Assembly: GCF_001194135.2 (NCBI RefSeq)
Contig: NC_069006.1
Location: 18,662,661-18,726,660 of the forward strand
DNA: 64,000 nucleotides
Source: Octopus bimaculoides
Lineage: Eukaryota
Direction of reading: 5' to 3'
The notes below the pieces were generated by a model. The model ran no database searches. It was given only the letters and a program-made list of their open reading frames with translations, and was not told the origin of the DNA. The translations under genes were made by a program, and so were the position numbers. The stretch's first letter is position 1, and each line of letters begins with the position of its first letter. Shown here piece by piece: positions 25,522 through 38,091 of this stretch.

Positions 25522-25627
25522 ATCATGACAATTGTTTCGACACATTTAGCATTGGTCCCTTACAGGAGGGACACTCAACAACTGATTCAGGAGCATCTGG
25601 CGGTGCAGATATGTCTCATCGGGTGAT
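25522..25627 (-). ncRNA. Type-I hammerhead-like motif with 63-nt stem II insertion and a mutated core
   Basis: Minus strand: ATCAC-CCGATGA-GACATAT...ATGTGTC-GAAA, palindrome ACAATTGT, GTC triplet, then ATGAT. Confidence 0.62.
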
Positions 25628-26399
25628 AAATAGACACAGCTCATTAAAATAACAATTCCGCAATGTATCTTCTCATTTCGCATAAAGAAAAGCAGCAAAA
25701 TGAAGGAAATATCTTCATTTACATAGAAGATCGAAAGTAAAATCACAGATGCAAAAAAGAAATGAACACAGAGTACAGCAAGAAAAGTATCAAAAATAAC
25801 CGTTAACAAATATGGATGTATAAATGTCCTCATGCAAGCTGCATGCTGCATGTGCACTCATGATCACAAAGTGAGTTAAATATACCATCATCATCATTTC
25901 ACATCCATTTTCCATGTTGGTATGGGTGGGACGGATATATATGACAAGTTTCTTTAATTTCTGACTACCAAATGCAGATCCAAGGTTTTGGTTGGGCTTG
26001 GGGCTATTGTAGAAAATACTTGTCCACGGTGCCACGCAGTGGAACTGATTCCAGAACCATGTGGTTGCAATGAAAAATTCACACCATACAACCATGCCTG
26101 CATCTTAATATATATATAAAGACATATGCACTAACTTATATACTTCTGTAAATACACATAGAGAATGTGGTGTAAAATGAGGGCACACAAGAATAAACAT
26201 ATTTACATTCCCACATACATCTTTATATTGTAACACATGCATCTACAGGTTCATGAGCAGAAAAAATTTGTGAGGAAGTAAATGTACAAAAATTCACCAT
26301 AACTACTCACATATGCATGCAGCTGAATATTTGCTTATGCTTTCACTCAAACTTCAATACAACCATAACATGTATTAACTGACATCTTCTATCTTTGAT

Positions 26400-26760
26400 T
26401 GCTTACTTATTTCAGTCACTGAGTTGTGGTCATGCAGGGGCAGTGCCTTGAAGGGTTTTAATCAAACGAATTGACACCAGTACTTATTTTTAAAGCCTGG
26501 CACTTATTCTACTGCTCTCCATTATGAGGGATGTAAACAATCCAACACCTGTTGTCAAGCGAGGGTGGGGAACAAATACAAAGACTCGTGTGTGTGTGTG
26601 TGTACATACATACATGATAGGCTTCTTTTAGTTTCTGTATACCAAATCCACTTACAAGACTTTGGTCAGTCAGAGCTATAGCAGAAGATACTTGTCCAAA
26701 GTGCCACACAGTGGAACTGAACCTGGAGCCACGTGGTTGGGAAGCAAACTTCTTACCAGA
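26400..26760 (-). mobile_element. SINE family A
   Basis: Reverse-complement tail, (CA)n/(GT)n linker and head. Confidence 0.85.
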
Positions 26761-26998
26761 CAGACAGTAACACCATCACCTCTATATATANNNNNNNNNN
26801 AGGGCTATAGCAAAAGACTCTTGCCAAAGATGCCACTGCGTGGCACTGAACCTGAGGCCATGTGTTTGCAAAGTAAACTTATTACTGCACACCCATGTCA
26901 TATATCCCAAAATACACATGGATATACTTAAACAATTACATGCAAGAATATATAAATGTGGACTTGAATTCGTGTATAGCTATATACATATAAGCATA

Positions 26999-27095
<97 letters not shown>

Positions 27096-27388
27096 ACACA
27101 TACATATGTGCATATATGCAAAGAGACATCTGAGTGTATTTACATGCATGGTTGATGTCACTGATAGTTATCTATACATAACTATATGAATCTACACAAA
27201 GATAAAGTGTGATGACGTATACTTGCACTTACATATTTACATAGATCTTTAGATTTACACCTAATAAGACATACAAACATCCATACAAGACAATTACATG
27301 CCCTGAGTAAAACATACACACACACACACACACACACACATGTATCTATCTATCTATCTATCTATCTGTCTGTCTATCATTCTATCTA

Positions 27389-27425
<37 letters not shown>

Positions 27426-28000
27426 CTAAATAAATGGAGTAGCATGAAACGTGCGTACTGCAACCATCTTTAAAATCCTTGTTGCTTATTTTGATTTTTT
27501 GATCACCTAGTTTTTGGAATGGTTTTTATATAATACCATACCATACTATATTCTGATGCCTAAACATAAGTACCATATTCAATTTTTGAATCTCTCTCTN
27601 NNNNNNNNNNNNNNNNNNTATATATATTTATATATATATATATTTATATATATATATATTTATATATATATATATATGAATATATAAGTATACCATTATG
27701 AGTTTCAATGGAATAGAGACTGATTTAAAAGGAACCAGTTGAAATCTGCAAATGTACAATATGCAGCATGTAGGCCAGGACTCAAGTGATATGAAATAGC
27801 TCTATGATAAAAGATAGATATAGTAAGCTGAAATATATGAAGACAAAAGAACAGAATATGGTAGATAAAAAGTAGCGAATATAAACAAAAAGAATTAGGA
27901 AATAGAGATGAGAACGAATAGAAAGTTTTGTAAGTATAGAAAGATCTATAGAGAAATCATTCAAATGTATGTAGCATTGTCCAGCTGGCAGTAAGAATAT

Positions 28001-29625
28001 TCATATAAATTTTCTTTGGTAAAGGCATAAAGAGATCAGAACTAATTTCAAATTTAGTAGTTGTAGCGGTTATGTCAAGATGTATTCCTCTGATATCAGT
28101 GGTGAAAATAGAACCAGTTGATATATGCTGGTGCACATTTGACAATTAATCAGTCAAATATGTAGTTATGAATAGCATATCCTTCACATTCCAGATGTAC
28201 TTGGAAAGCATGATGTGCCTCTTTTTTTCTACATACTTGAATGAAGTAATGTTGGTTATACTTGGTTTTTATGTAAACCCTGTATTATTCTTTGAACTTT
28301 TGTACAACTACCAGATGAGATCTAAGTACAGTACACAACACTTTTTTGAAGGCATTTACTGTTTGACAGACATGCTATTTGTGTGGCAGTTGCCTTGTGG
28401 AGGATGGCTTGTGATTGTCTGTGATAATTTTTTTCTAATAGTTAAAGAAACCAAAGATAAAACATGTCAGGACAGCTGTAACTTGTCTTAACACAATTTC
28501 TATAAATTTTTGTGAAACTTATGGTTAGAAGGTAAGTGTTTGCTAACTAGATTTAGGAAAAAAACAAACAATATTTGAGTTGAAATTCAAACCAAATGAT
28601 GGGCTACAGTATATCATTTTACTTTTTCTGCTTCAGAAAAGCAGAATACTATCAGAACTAATAGAATACTACTTCAGTGTGTATTGAATTTTTTTTCTGT
28701 GAAAACACTCCTATTTAGAGCCTCCTGTGCCATTAAATATCTCTTCATGGTAAGATAAACTGGGAATTCTTTTATGATATTACCAGTTAAATTTCTCAAA
28801 TGGACTCAGGATGATGGTTATTGGGTCTTTGTGGTTATGCAGTTAATTTTATTACACTTTCTAACATTTCTAGAGGTTAAATTAAGGGTAATATCTATAA
28901 AATTAAGTATACTAACACTAGAATATGCAAGAATCTTAAGTTTGGAGCTTTTGAGAGCATGAAATAAGTCTTTCCTAACCCTGTCTAATTGGCTGGGTTA
29001 CAAGTTAAAATTAATCCATCATCTCTGTTTATACCTAGTATATATCTAACTCTATAGAATAAAATTTTGTTAGGATAATATCCAAAACAAATAACCCAGT
29101 TAGGTTACAAACTTCTGCTGCATCAAAACAGCCCATAAGAAAAACAAAAAGTTCTGTGCCAATCTTTTTGACCCTGAACAAAGTATTAAAAGAACAAAGG
29201 AACTTTCTTGTAAACATAATAATAAAGTCAGTAATAACATCTATGTCAATAATGATACCTGCAGTTGAAATCTAATACCTTCATTAAAGGAAATACAGTA
29301 ATAAAGGTACAAAATAACAGGGCGTGAGAACTTAACGTTGAGATTATCTTGTGTGTTATCAATCTAATTAAAGTTTTGTTGAAGTTAAAAGTTTGTATCA
29401 TACAGTTTCTGATTGAATCTAGAATATTCTTGCTACCCTTACCTTCTCTGCCAAAAGTCTTGTTAATAAGTCTGCCTTTAAAGTCATCACTTAGGAAACT
29501 AGGTTTATGATATTTTAAACAAACACGAAGAGGGCAGGCAGCTATGCATTCTATCCTATCAACTATTTTAAAGTTTGAGGTTAAGAGATTTGCTCCCATG
29601 TTAATTAAATTATTATTGGGGTTAG
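28001..29625 (-). mobile_element. Near full-length decayed Penelope-like element (RT plus GIY-YIG), YRDD-type, probably Naiad clade
   Basis: Minus strand, in order: VCLKYHKP..RLINK..SKNILD; MGCFDAAEVCNLTGL; GINRDDGL; NFIDITLNL; FLNLVSKHLPSNHKFHK; VKTSYSC; CLSNSKCLQKSVVY; LSKYIWNVKD; LLNLKLVLISLC. Many stops and frameshifts. Confidence 0.92.
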
Positions 29626-30100
29626 TTTTATGCACGCACACACATATACATACATCTCTCTCTCTTTCTCTCTCTTAATATATATATATATCTTTATCCT
29701 TGTCAATATGTGTGTGTGTGTACATACATATGTGCACATACAAACACACATATAGTCACACACACACATATTTATACACACATGTACATATATGTATTTA
29801 TATATATATATATACATATATACACACACACATATCGTGTATCTTATCAAGTTATTCTTTATATGCGCTAGTCATAAACTTGTGACCAAACTGGGGCACT
29901 ACCTTGGAGAGTTTAGATGATGAAATTTTCCCAGTACTACTTTAAGTATGATATTTATTCTATTGGTCTCTTTTTACTAAGCCACTAAGTTACAGGAATG
30001 TAAACAGATCAAAACAAGTTGTCAAGCAGCTAGAGAAAAATACAAACACAGGGATGTATGCATGTAAACATGGTTATATCCATATACACATGTGTGTGTG

Positions 30101-30145
<45 letters not shown>

Positions 30146-30629
30146 GCATATGCATATAAAGATATATACATATGCGCACAACTGGTTGCAAGGTAAACTT
30201 CTTAAACACAAAACTTTGCTCCTGTCTATCTATCTGTGTGTTTACATACATATATATATACATACACACTCACAATGGAAGCCCAATGATCATCTCAAGT
30301 AGTCTCTCATTTTATGCAGTGTTCCTCCCAGTTGGTTGGAGCCCTTGGGTGTTAATTGAGGGCATGGAGGTCTATGTGTAATGCTGGAATAGAATGAAGA
30401 GAAGAGGAGACATCATTATCAACCCCCTGCAGCTGGGGTTTCAGGGTCACTTTCAGCACCCTTAGTTTTATAGGATCTGCCTATCTCCTATCAGTCTTGT
30501 CAGCCACATCCACTTCCATGAGAAACAATGTGCTTGAAGTGGAGGCGGGTGAATGTCTTGGATCAATTTTGTCATCACATTTGATGTGCTGTTATAAGCA
30601 AGAAAAAGTAAGCAATAGGTCCAAGAACT

Positions 30630-30930
30630 ACATCATGCCAGTGCTGGTGCCATGTTAAAAGCATCCAGTCTGCACTGCGACATGGTTGGTGTTAGGAAGG
30701 GCATCCAGCTGTAAAAATCATGCCAAAACTAACCTCACTTGTGCTAGTGCCACATAAAAAGCACTAAGTCCACTCTGTGGAGTGGTTGGTGCTAGGAAGG
30801 GCATCCAGCCGTAAAATCCCTGCCAAAACAGACACAGCAGCCTAGGGTAGGTTTTCTACCTGGCCGACTCCTGTCAACTGTCCTACCCATGCATGCATGG
30901 AAGATGAACGTTAAACGATAATGATGATGA
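30630..30930 (+). mobile_element. RTE-tailed SINE 3' part
   Basis: Two TGGTTGGTG(T/C)TAGGAAGGGCATCCAGC blocks; ends GTTAAACGATAATGATGA. Confidence 0.8.
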
Positions 30931-31015
30931 CATATATACATATATACACACACACATATGTATGCACACACTTACACACACACACACATGCACACACACA
31001 CACACACACACATAT

Positions 31016-31105
31016 AGGTGCAGGAGTGGCTGTGTGGTAAGTAGCTTGCATACCAACCACATGGTTCTAGGTTCAGTCCCACTGCGTGGCACCTTGGGCA
31101 ACAGT
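31016..31105 (+). mobile_element. SINE family A head, truncated
   Basis: CAGGAGTGGCTGTGTGGTAAGTAGC..GGTTCAGTCCCACTGCGTGGCACCTTGGGCAA. Confidence 0.88.
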
Positions 31106-31149
31106 CTAGTCAATTTTAGTTCATTTTTGTTTATTTTCAGATCATTAAT

Positions 31150-32028
31150 ATAGAATGTCAAGTTAAGAAAAACAAGCATTTTCAACACCTCCTTTTTGCT
31201 TTTAATCAAGGTTCTAAGGCCACAAAAGCTGCTCGCGACATTTGTGCTAGTATGGAGAGGGTGCCATAGCTAAAAGAACCACTTGTGATTGGTATGCCAA
31301 GTTCAAAAATGGAAATTTTGACTTCAAAGATGCACCTCATTCTGGCCATCCAGTTGAGTTCAATGAAGAGTGGTTAAACTAACTTTTGCACGAAAATTCT
31401 TGTCAAATGACAAGGAAACTGGCAGAGAAAATGGAATGCTCCCACACTGCTATAGAGAAGCATCTTCACTCGATGAGAAAGGTTCAGAAGTATGGAGCAT
31501 GGGTTCCACATGCTTCAAGTGACAACAACAAAAATCAATGAGCCACAATCTCCGCTGGTTTGCTTGCTCGTCACTGATCAATTCATGGACACGAGCTACG
31601 ATTTCTTTACCGAATCGTTACTAACGACGAAAAATGGTGCCTGTACATCAATATGAAGCAGCATAAGGAATGGCTTAGCCCCAGTAAACAAGCGACACCA
31701 TGCGTGAAACAAGATCTTCATCTGTGTAAAACAATGTTGTTTGTATGGTGGGACTGGGAAGGGATTATCCATTATGAATTGCTTGAACAGAACCAAACGG
31801 TCAATGCGGAACTCTACGTTCAACAGATGGAATGACAACACGGCTATTCAAGAGAAAAGACCTAATCGTCAGCAGGGAGTTCTTCTGCTGCACGACAACG
31901 CCTACCCTCATATCGCCAATATGACCAAGGAACCCATTCAAACGCATAGCTGGGATGTGCTGCCACACCCACTGTACTCTCCTGATTTGGCACCAACAAA
32001 TTTCCACTTCTTTCGATCTCTTTCCAAT
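31150..32028 (+). mobile_element. Decayed mariner transposase (DD34D), almost complete
   Basis: ECQVKKNKHFQHLLFAFNQGSKATKAARDIC; IVTNDEKW; MLFVWWDWEGIIHYELL; LLLHDNAYPH..HPLYSPDLAPTNFHFFRSL (34 residues between D2 and the D3 position). Confidence 0.95.
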
Positions 32029-33505
32029 GCTAGAAAGAGGCTATTAAATGTAGGGAATTCATGGAGAGAAGAGAGTCTTCCTAGTGACGAGTCAACAGAT
32101 GGACCAGCTATCCTAGTTGACAGCTATGTATCATAAATAAACTAATTAAGGATATGAAGACAGAAAGCTCCTGATCCACCAGGAATTACCACTAAGATGC
32201 TTCAAATATTCAGTGGAGTAGCATACGGCCTAGCTACCCATATAATTGATCAGATTGTCGAAGAAGGTATCATACCCAACAATTGGAGTATAAACATTAT
32301 TGTCAACTGATACAAAGGTAAAGGAGGTGTCTGAGACAAATGTAATTTGCAGAAGTATCAAATTGCTGCATCAGGTCATGAAAGTTAGAGAAAGGGTCAT
32401 AGCTCAACTAATTAGGAAAAGAGTTAGCATAGATGATATGCATCTTGGTTTTGTGCCAAGGAGAAGCACAACTGATACAGCATTTAGCCAAAAATATACT
32501 GTTGTACCTGGCATTTGCCAATATGGATAAAGTCTTTGGAAGGGTGGTGATTACTGCAGAAACTAGAGGCTGGTGATAAATATCCATGCCATGTATATGA
32601 GTATAGTAATGGAATTTGGTATGCAAATAGGAGTTCGCTATGGCTCGCTTCTCAACCCCCTCTTATTAATCATAATCCCCCAAGCCATAGTAGAAGAATT
32701 TAAAACTGGTTGCTAAAGGGACCTTGTTCTTATAGTTGAATCTATAGTAGAATCAGAGAAATTTCAGGTGTGGAAGCAAAGCTTGAAATCAAAGAGCCAT
32801 AGAGTTAACTTAGCAAAGACCAAAGTCCTAGTAATCAGGAAAGCAGACAAATTACTTATCCCTTCAGGGAAATGACTACTCGGTATGAAGAAAAGTGCAC
32901 TTAGAAATTCTATACAATGTATCCAGAAGTGGGCCAATGTGCCAGAAAAATAAACACTAATAAATAACACACAAGAAATAGATTTCCTCAAATGCCCAGG
33001 AGGATCCTTAGCAGCAGTGGCTTTTGTTAATTAGGTAACCTAATTAGTAGTGAAGGAGGGTGCTCTGAAAGCACAGTTGCTAGAATAAGAACCGGTTGGG
33101 CAAAGTTTAGAGAGTTATTATCTTTGTTGGTAACAAAAGGCCTCTACCTCAGGGTGAAAGGCAGATTGTATGATGCTTGTATATGAGCAGCTATGCTTCA
33201 TGATAGTGAAATATGGGCTGTGAATGTAAAGGCTTAAAAGAAGTGAAACTAGCATGCTCTGCTAGATGTGCAATGTCAGTTATGCATATATGACAAAGTG
33301 TAAGAGAAAAATTAGGTATAAGAGGTATCAGATGTGTGCAGGAGAGAAGACTATGCTGGTATAGTCAAGTGATGTGTATGGATGAGGACAGCTGCATGAA
33401 GAAGTGCTGATTGTTAAATGTGGATGGAACCTGAGGAAGAGGATGACCTAGGAAGATATGGGACAAAGGGGTGAAAAGTGGTCTTTAGATGCCAAGTCTC
33501 ACTGA
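32029..33505 (+). mobile_element. 5'-truncated decayed RTE-type LINE RT
   Basis: KAPDPPGIT; YKGKG; RSIKLLHQVMKV.ERVI..GFVPRRSTTDTAF; KGRLYDAC, with frameshifts. Confidence 0.88.
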
Positions 33506-34917
33506 GTCTCTCTCTTCTCCTCTCCCTTTTTCCAGCTGGGGTATCTATGTATCTCCTCTGCTGCAAGACACCTGTTTCTGTCTATCAATCACAGTGAGTC
33601 TTGACCGTTTTTTGACCATGAATCCCTTTGATTCCTATTTGATTCTACTCAACCTGTGCAGCCACTTGATGTAAAAAATCTCATATTTCTATAGTTAAAT
33701 ATTTTTAGGAACTGTATTAAAAATATTGTTAAGATATTTTGTGTATTGTAGAAGTATAACCAATTTTATTGCAAGTAAATTTTAACAACAAAATCTATGA
33801 ACCCCCACAGGTCATACAGATCCTGGTTGAAAACCACTGCTCTATCATATTCTAACCTTTCATCAGCTGGCACAAAGCCATCTCCCTCAATACTATTCTC
33901 TCTTCAGTTGAGGGGTCTTGTATTCTTAAGTTATGTGGTTGTCTCACTGGTGCTGATGTCATGTAAAAAAAAACTCCCAGTACATTCTGTAAAGTGGTTG
34001 GTGTTAGGAAGGAAATCCAGCTGTAGAAACCATACCAAAGCAGACAGCAGAGTTAAGCACATTCTTCAGGCTCCTGTCAGGCCATCTAACCCAAGCCAGT
34101 ATGTAAAGCAGACATTAAATCATGATGATGATGATGATGATGATGATGATGTGTGTGTGTGTTAGCTCTCTATTTCCTTTTCTCTGTATCATTATTACAA
34201 TTATTGCAATTAATTTAAGCACAATGTTTAATTTTGTGGATGCAATTTCAAAATATGGTTATGCAAGGAGTATTAGCTTCAACATACATACATTCTCCCA
34301 TACATACATATATGTGCACATACATACAAACATACATACATCCTCTCATATACACACACACACACAGATATCCTATCATGCATACATACATACATACACA
34401 CGCACATACATACATAGCACACGTACGTACATCCTATCATACATATATACACGCACACATACATACACACGCACACACATCTATCATAAATACATAAGCA
34501 ATTATGATAAACAGAAGTTTATATAGTTTGTTCACTGTTGTGATTGCTTAGAATGATGGCAGTGGATGTTCCAAGTTTAATTGAATCACAATGAATCACC
34601 AGGGGAACACTATTTTGTTACACATATGTTACAGAGATCAGATGCTTGAAGTTGGACAGATGGCAAGACTTTTTATAAGTGTGTTTAGAGGGAAGTAGCA
34701 AGTAAATGACATAGAGAAATTAGAAAGAGAAAAGGGGGAAGAAAATGAGAGAGGACAGGACTATAAAGGAACAGAGAAAAGAAAACTATAACAAACTATG
34801 GTAAAAGGATGAATTAGCGAAAAAAATCTATATACAGCTGTATCATGTTGAATGCACAAGTTCATGTTCAGTTACCCAAAGTTAAGCAAGATTAAGTCTA
34901 GGAAGCATTTTACATTG

Positions 34918-35103
34918 TGCAGGCATGGCTGTATGGTAAGGAGCTTGCTTCCCAACCACATGGTTCTGGGTTCAGTTCCAGTGTATGGCACCATGAGCAA
35001 GTGTCTTTTACAATATATAGCCTTGGGCTGACCAAAGTCTTGTGTGTGGATTTGGTAGAAACCTGAAAGAAACCTGTCGTATATACATGTGTGTGTGAGT
35101 GTT

Positions 35104-35144
<41 letters not shown>

Positions 35145-35345
35145 GTCTTGGTGTTTGTGTTTGTTCCCCACCACCACTTGACAACCGGTGTTAGTGTGTT
35201 TACATCCCCACAGTAGTTCAGCAAAAGAGGCAGGTAGAGTAAGTACCAGACTTGGGACAATAAGTATTGAGCTTGATTCATTCAACTAGAAGTTCTTCAA
35301 GGCAGTGCCCCAGCACAGCTTCAGTCTAATGACTGAAACGTTACT
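34918..35345 (+). mobile_element. SINE family A, full length
   Basis: Complete head, core, (GT)n and tail. Confidence 0.9.
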
Positions 35346-35812
35346 CTAGGGATTGAGAGGGATATACAATAGCAAGGTGAGAGAGAAAGAAAAGAAAATG
35401 TGGGAGAGAGAGAGGGAGAGGACCGAAATACTGAAGAACTTGAATGCTTTGCAACCTTTTTATAAAAAGAAATTAAGCGTTAAAGAGAGGGTTAGGGTTA
35501 GGGCAGATAAGGGCACCCATTTTCCATGATTGGAAAGTAAATTGGAAAATAAATGCAATCACAAATATACAAGAATGTAATGGCATGAGTGGGTCAGGAC
35601 CTTACAGTTGGTGGAACCAACCCTTGAAAGACGCATAGACAGCACAGATACCAATATGTCAATTTATGTTTCAAATACAAAGACACATGTAGTAACATAC
35701 ACACACATTCCCATACATACATACATACATACATACGTACATACATACAGACATACATACGTATGAATGCATGCATGCAGACATACATACATACATACTT
35801 GCATACACATAG

Positions 35813-36142
35813 GTACAGGCGTGACTGTGTGATAAGAAATTTGCTTCTCAACCATATGGTTCAAGGTTCAGTCCCACTGAGTGGAACCTTGGGCAAGTGT
35901 CCTTTACTATAGCTTTCTATAGTCTTGTGAGGGGGACTTGGTAGTTGAAAACTGAAAGAAGCCTATTGTGTGTGTGTGTGTGTGTGTTTGATCTTACCAC
36001 TGCTTGTCCCATAAGTTAGCAGTTTGGCGAATGAATAAGTACCAAGCTTTAAAAAAGAAGTACAAGGGTTAAAGTGTTTGACTAAAATTCATTGAAGTGG
36101 TGCCCCAGCATGGCCTCAGTCTAATGACTGAAACAAGTAAAG
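35813..36142 (+). mobile_element. SINE family A
   Basis: CAGGCGTGACTGTGTGATAAG..TGACTGAAACAAGTAAA. Confidence 0.85.
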
Positions 36143-37232
36143 GGATGCACATACATATTCATACATGTATAAATGTGTGTGTATGAATATGCATATATAC
36201 CAGAATCTTACTCTTGTTTGATGCATTTATATATATATATATAACGTGAGAGAGTTAGGGGTTGGGGGTTCAACCCACTAAGGGATAGTATCTATACAGT
36301 ATACTGCTGGGAGGGTACCCAATTATTGCTACACTAGTGCTATACTAGGTGCAATCAATGGGAGCGGGTAAAAGTGGAGGTTTTACCCAAAATTTGTGTA
36401 ACAATTAGAAAATGGAGGATAATATGCTGAACCCAACTACTTGCAGACGGTGTATTCCGTTGAATTCATTAATTTAATTCATAGCAAAAGTGACAAAAAA
36501 GGAAGAAAAGAAAAAAAGAAAGAACCAAAGCACAGGTGTCCATGGCAGACTATGTTATTTTGCCAACATGGTTTACATATAGAAGTACAAAGTACATAAN
36601 NNNNNNNNNNNNNNNNNNNNNNNNNNNNNNNNNNNNNNNNNNNNNNNNNNNNNNNNNNNNNNNNNNNNNNNNNNNNNNNNNNNNNNNNNNNNNNNNNNNN
36701 NNNNNNNNNNNNNNNNNNNNNNNNNNNNNNNNNNNNNNNNNNNNNNNNNNNNNNNNNNNNNNNNNNNNNNNNNNNNNNNNNNNNNNNNNNNNNNNNNNNN
36801 NNNNNNNNNNNNNNNNNNNNNNNNNNNNNNNNNNNNNNNNNNNNNNNNNNNNNNNNNNNNNNNNNNNNNNNNNNNNNNNNNNNNNNNNNNNNNNNNNNNN
36901 NNNNNNNNNNNNNNNNNNNNNNNNNNNNNNNNNNNNNNNNNNNNNNNNNNNNNNNNNNNNNNNNNNNNNNNNNNNNNNNNNNNNNNNNNNNNNNNNNNNN
37001 NNNNNNNNNNNNNNNNNNNNNNNNNNNNNNNNNNNNNNNNNNNNNNNNNNNNNNNNNNNNNNNNNNNNNNNNNNNNNNNNNNNNNNNNNNNNNNNNNNTT
37101 TTCTTAGCTCTCCTGAAAAAAGAATTTCTAACTTCCGGTCAGCCATTGTTATGATCAGTCATTATTATGATTGACCGTTGACTGAACACTATTCAATTTT
37201 TTTTCTCCATGTTTTTCTCCTTGTCTCCGTAT

Positions 37233-37269
37233 TCTTTCTGTTGAAGAGCGTAGCTCGAAACGTCAAAGA
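37233..37269 (+). ncRNA. Minimal type-I hammerhead motif with variant core CTGTTGA
   Basis: Stem I TCTTT/AAAGA; CTGTTGA; A; stem II GAGC-gta-GCTC; GAAA; palindrome ACGT; GTC triplet. Confidence 0.68.
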
Positions 37270-37355
37270 CTTTCCGTATTCCCGAGCGTCATACTAATAC
37301 ATCCTTTTGTTATTTACACCACCTGTCCTCGTCTGTTGTTTTTTCGTATATTCTC

Positions 37356-37396
<41 letters not shown>

Positions 37397-37900
37397 CACA
37401 CACACATATATATATTTATAAGGAAAAAGGAAAAAGTTGACTGACTTCAAACTCAGTTTTCTTTGCTATTATCAGACAGTCTGATATTAGCATGAAAGCT
37501 GAAATTTCTAAGTTACTGTTAACCTTTCCCTTGTAAAATCAATAAACATCTACTCTACTATACAGTATTGAGTACTCCATATAGGTACTACATCTACCTG
37601 GAAGGCTACTTGTGGTGGATTAATAATTATTTACCACTCAACTGTTCAGATTTTATAGGGTCCATGTTGTTACTCTTCTTGGGTGGTAGTCTTAATTCAA
37701 CGTAGTCACTTAGTGCACTCTGTTGTAAATATTTTGGCAAGGCCTTTGTCTAAGAATCCCTTTTGAAATGTAGTTTAGTTTTCTGTTTTCCCCTTATCTT
37801 GTATCAAAAACGCCACAATAAGGGTCATAGCTGTCTAAACCATAAAAAAAGAGAAAATCAGGACTAAGCATTGTCTTTTGTAAACACCTTGAACCTTTAA

Positions 37901-38091
37901 CCCTTTAACATTCAGGTTATTCTACGAAAGGTAACCCTTATTTGTTCACATTGTTTTGAATTTATCCAACATTATCTTGTAGCCTCATGATTTTGATTAT
38001 GCAACTGTATTTTTTTGAAGCCTCTGGCCAGTTTGAACTTAAAACAGGTAGAATATTTTGGCTGGATATGTCTAGTTTAAATGCTAAAGGG
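37901..38091. mobile_element. piggyBac-like MITE with both TIRs and TTAA TSD
   Basis: TTAA-CCCTTTAACATT ... AATGCTAAAGGG-TTAA. Confidence 0.8.

Noticed and set aside
27782-27964. Hydrophobic minus-strand ORF resembling a membrane protein or NUMT
   Set aside because: It lies in the T-rich 3' flank of the PLE; no mitochondrial or channel motif is recognisable
35488-35508. GGGTTAGGGTTAGGG as an interstitial telomere
   Set aside because: Only about 2.5 units; too short to distinguish from chance
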